Origin: Candidatus Dormiibacterota bacterium
GTDB taxonomy: Bacteria > Chloroflexota > Dormibacteria > Aeolococcales > Aeolococcaceae
Assembly: GCA_963757475.1 (NCBI GenBank)
Contig: CAVWRW010000002.1
Span: 17,686 to 81,685 of the forward strand
Reading direction: 5' to 3'
DNA: 64,000 bases
The position numbers were made by a program, and so were the translations under genes. This document shows, piece after piece, positions 63,357-64,000 of this stretch. Within the stretch, counting starts at the first letter, position 1; every line of letters starts with the position of its first letter. Under the pieces are notes generated by a model. It was not told the origin of the DNA and ran no database searches. It saw only the letters and a program-made list of their open reading frames with translations.

Positions 63357-64000
63357 ATGAGCACCCACATGACCGACACAGGCGAATCGAAGGCCAACCC
63401 AGGGATGACCGTCACGCTCGAGCGCAAGGCTGCATCGCAGGTCGCCTTGCAGGTCGAGGCGACCCCCGCGGAGGTTGACGCCGCGATCGAGGCATCGCTC
63501 CGGCGGCTCGCGAGCCGCGTCCGCATTCCCGGGTTCCGCCCCGGCAAGGCGCCGACGGCAATGGTCGAGCGTGCGGTCGGCTGGGAGACGGTCCGCCACG
63601 AGACGGTCGACCATCTGGTGCCCGACCTGTACTTGCGTGCGGTCGAGGAGGCCGGCGTCGAGCCCGTCGGCGATCCCGATCTCGACCTGGGCGAGCTCGA
63701 GCGGGACAAGCCGCTGAAGTTCACCGCGACCGTGACGGTCAAGCCCGAGGTGGACCTGCGCGACTACCTCTCGCTGCGCGTCCCGATGGAGACGACGGAG
63801 ATCACCGACGACGACGTCGATGAAGCGATCGCGGCGGCGCGTCGCAAGCACGCCGAGCTGGTCGAGGTCGACCGGGCGGCGCAGGCAGGAGACGTCATCA
63901 AGTGCACCCTCGTGATGCGCCGAGGCGATGAGATCCTCACCGGCGGTGACAACGTCGAGCGCGATCTCGAGTTCAATCGCGAGGAGGTCATCCCCGCCAT
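63357..64000 (+). CDS. tig: Trigger factor (ribosome-associated chaperone), 5' portion; continues past the window end
   Basis: MSTHMTDTGESKANPGMTVTLERKAASQVALQVEATPAEVDAAIEASLRRLASRVRIPGFRPGKAP..., the trigger-factor N-terminal ribosome-binding domain signature (GFRPGKxP). The open-ended ORF is not in the ORF track because no stop occurs before nt 64000. Confidence 0.85.
   Translation, partial: MSTHMTDTGESKANPGMTVTLERKAASQVALQVEATPAEVDAAIEASLRRLASRVRIPGFRPGKAPTAMVERAVGWETVRHETVDHLVPDLYLRAVEEAGVEPVGDPDLDLGELERDKPLKFTATVTVKPEVDLRDYLSLRVPMETTEITDDDVDEAIAAARRKHAELVEVDRAAQAGDVIKCTLVMRRGDEILTGGDNVERDLEFNREEVIPA

Noticed and set aside
63122-63742. 5' extension of minus-strand ORF 61979..63742 across tRNA-Leu and the tig start
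   Set aside because: It overlaps a tRNA gene and the trigger factor start in antisense. The real protein begins with a signal peptide at 63121 (or 63148).

Overview
This is a high-GC (about 68-70%) window of an actinobacterial-type chromosome, densely coding, with no transposases, integrases or CRISPR arrays. Its core (about 12.9-36 kb) is a coherent supermodule for building a Mo-Cu carbon monoxide dehydrogenase (CODH). The module holds the molybdate ABC transporter modABC with an HTH-TOBE regulator, the molybdenum-cofactor (Moco) biosynthesis genes mobA, fdhD, mogA, moaC, moaE, moaD, moaA and moeA, and the form I CODH structural genes coxM, coxS and coxL. It also holds the cofactor cytidylyltransferase mocA and the maturation factors xdhC (two copies, one fused to a YHS metal-binding domain), a molybdopterin-binding-domain protein, coxG, a VWA coxE-like protein and a MoxR coxD-like ATPase. 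A YcnI/YcnJ-type copper-acquisition pair (CopC-CopD fusion) sits right next to it. Many of these core genes (moaA, moeA, coxM, coxS, coxL, one xdhC) and a distal SQR-like oxidoreductase are split over three to five reading frames. Flanking genes carry single frameshifts or none, which means either local pseudogenisation or indel-type assembly error. Other modules are a kynureninase / DedA / EamA-MocR block; an operon of two PLP-dependent decarboxylases around an uncharacterised 386-aa protein, next to a CBS-citrate synthase fusion; and a lipid-linked sugar pathway resembling the Rhizobium lipid-A galacturonosylation pathway (Rgt) or the Arn lipid-A modification pathway (GT-C glycosyltransferase, UDP-glucose 6-dehydrogenase, GT2 polyprenyl-phosphate glycosyltransferase, SDR epimerase). 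There are also two paralogous dual-GGDEF proteins, tRNA-Thr(CGT), leuS, mscL with an apparent zinc-ribbon tail, two tandem GT-C membrane glycosyltransferases, a secreted cysteine-rich repeat protein, tRNA-Leu(TAG) and the 5' end of trigger factor.
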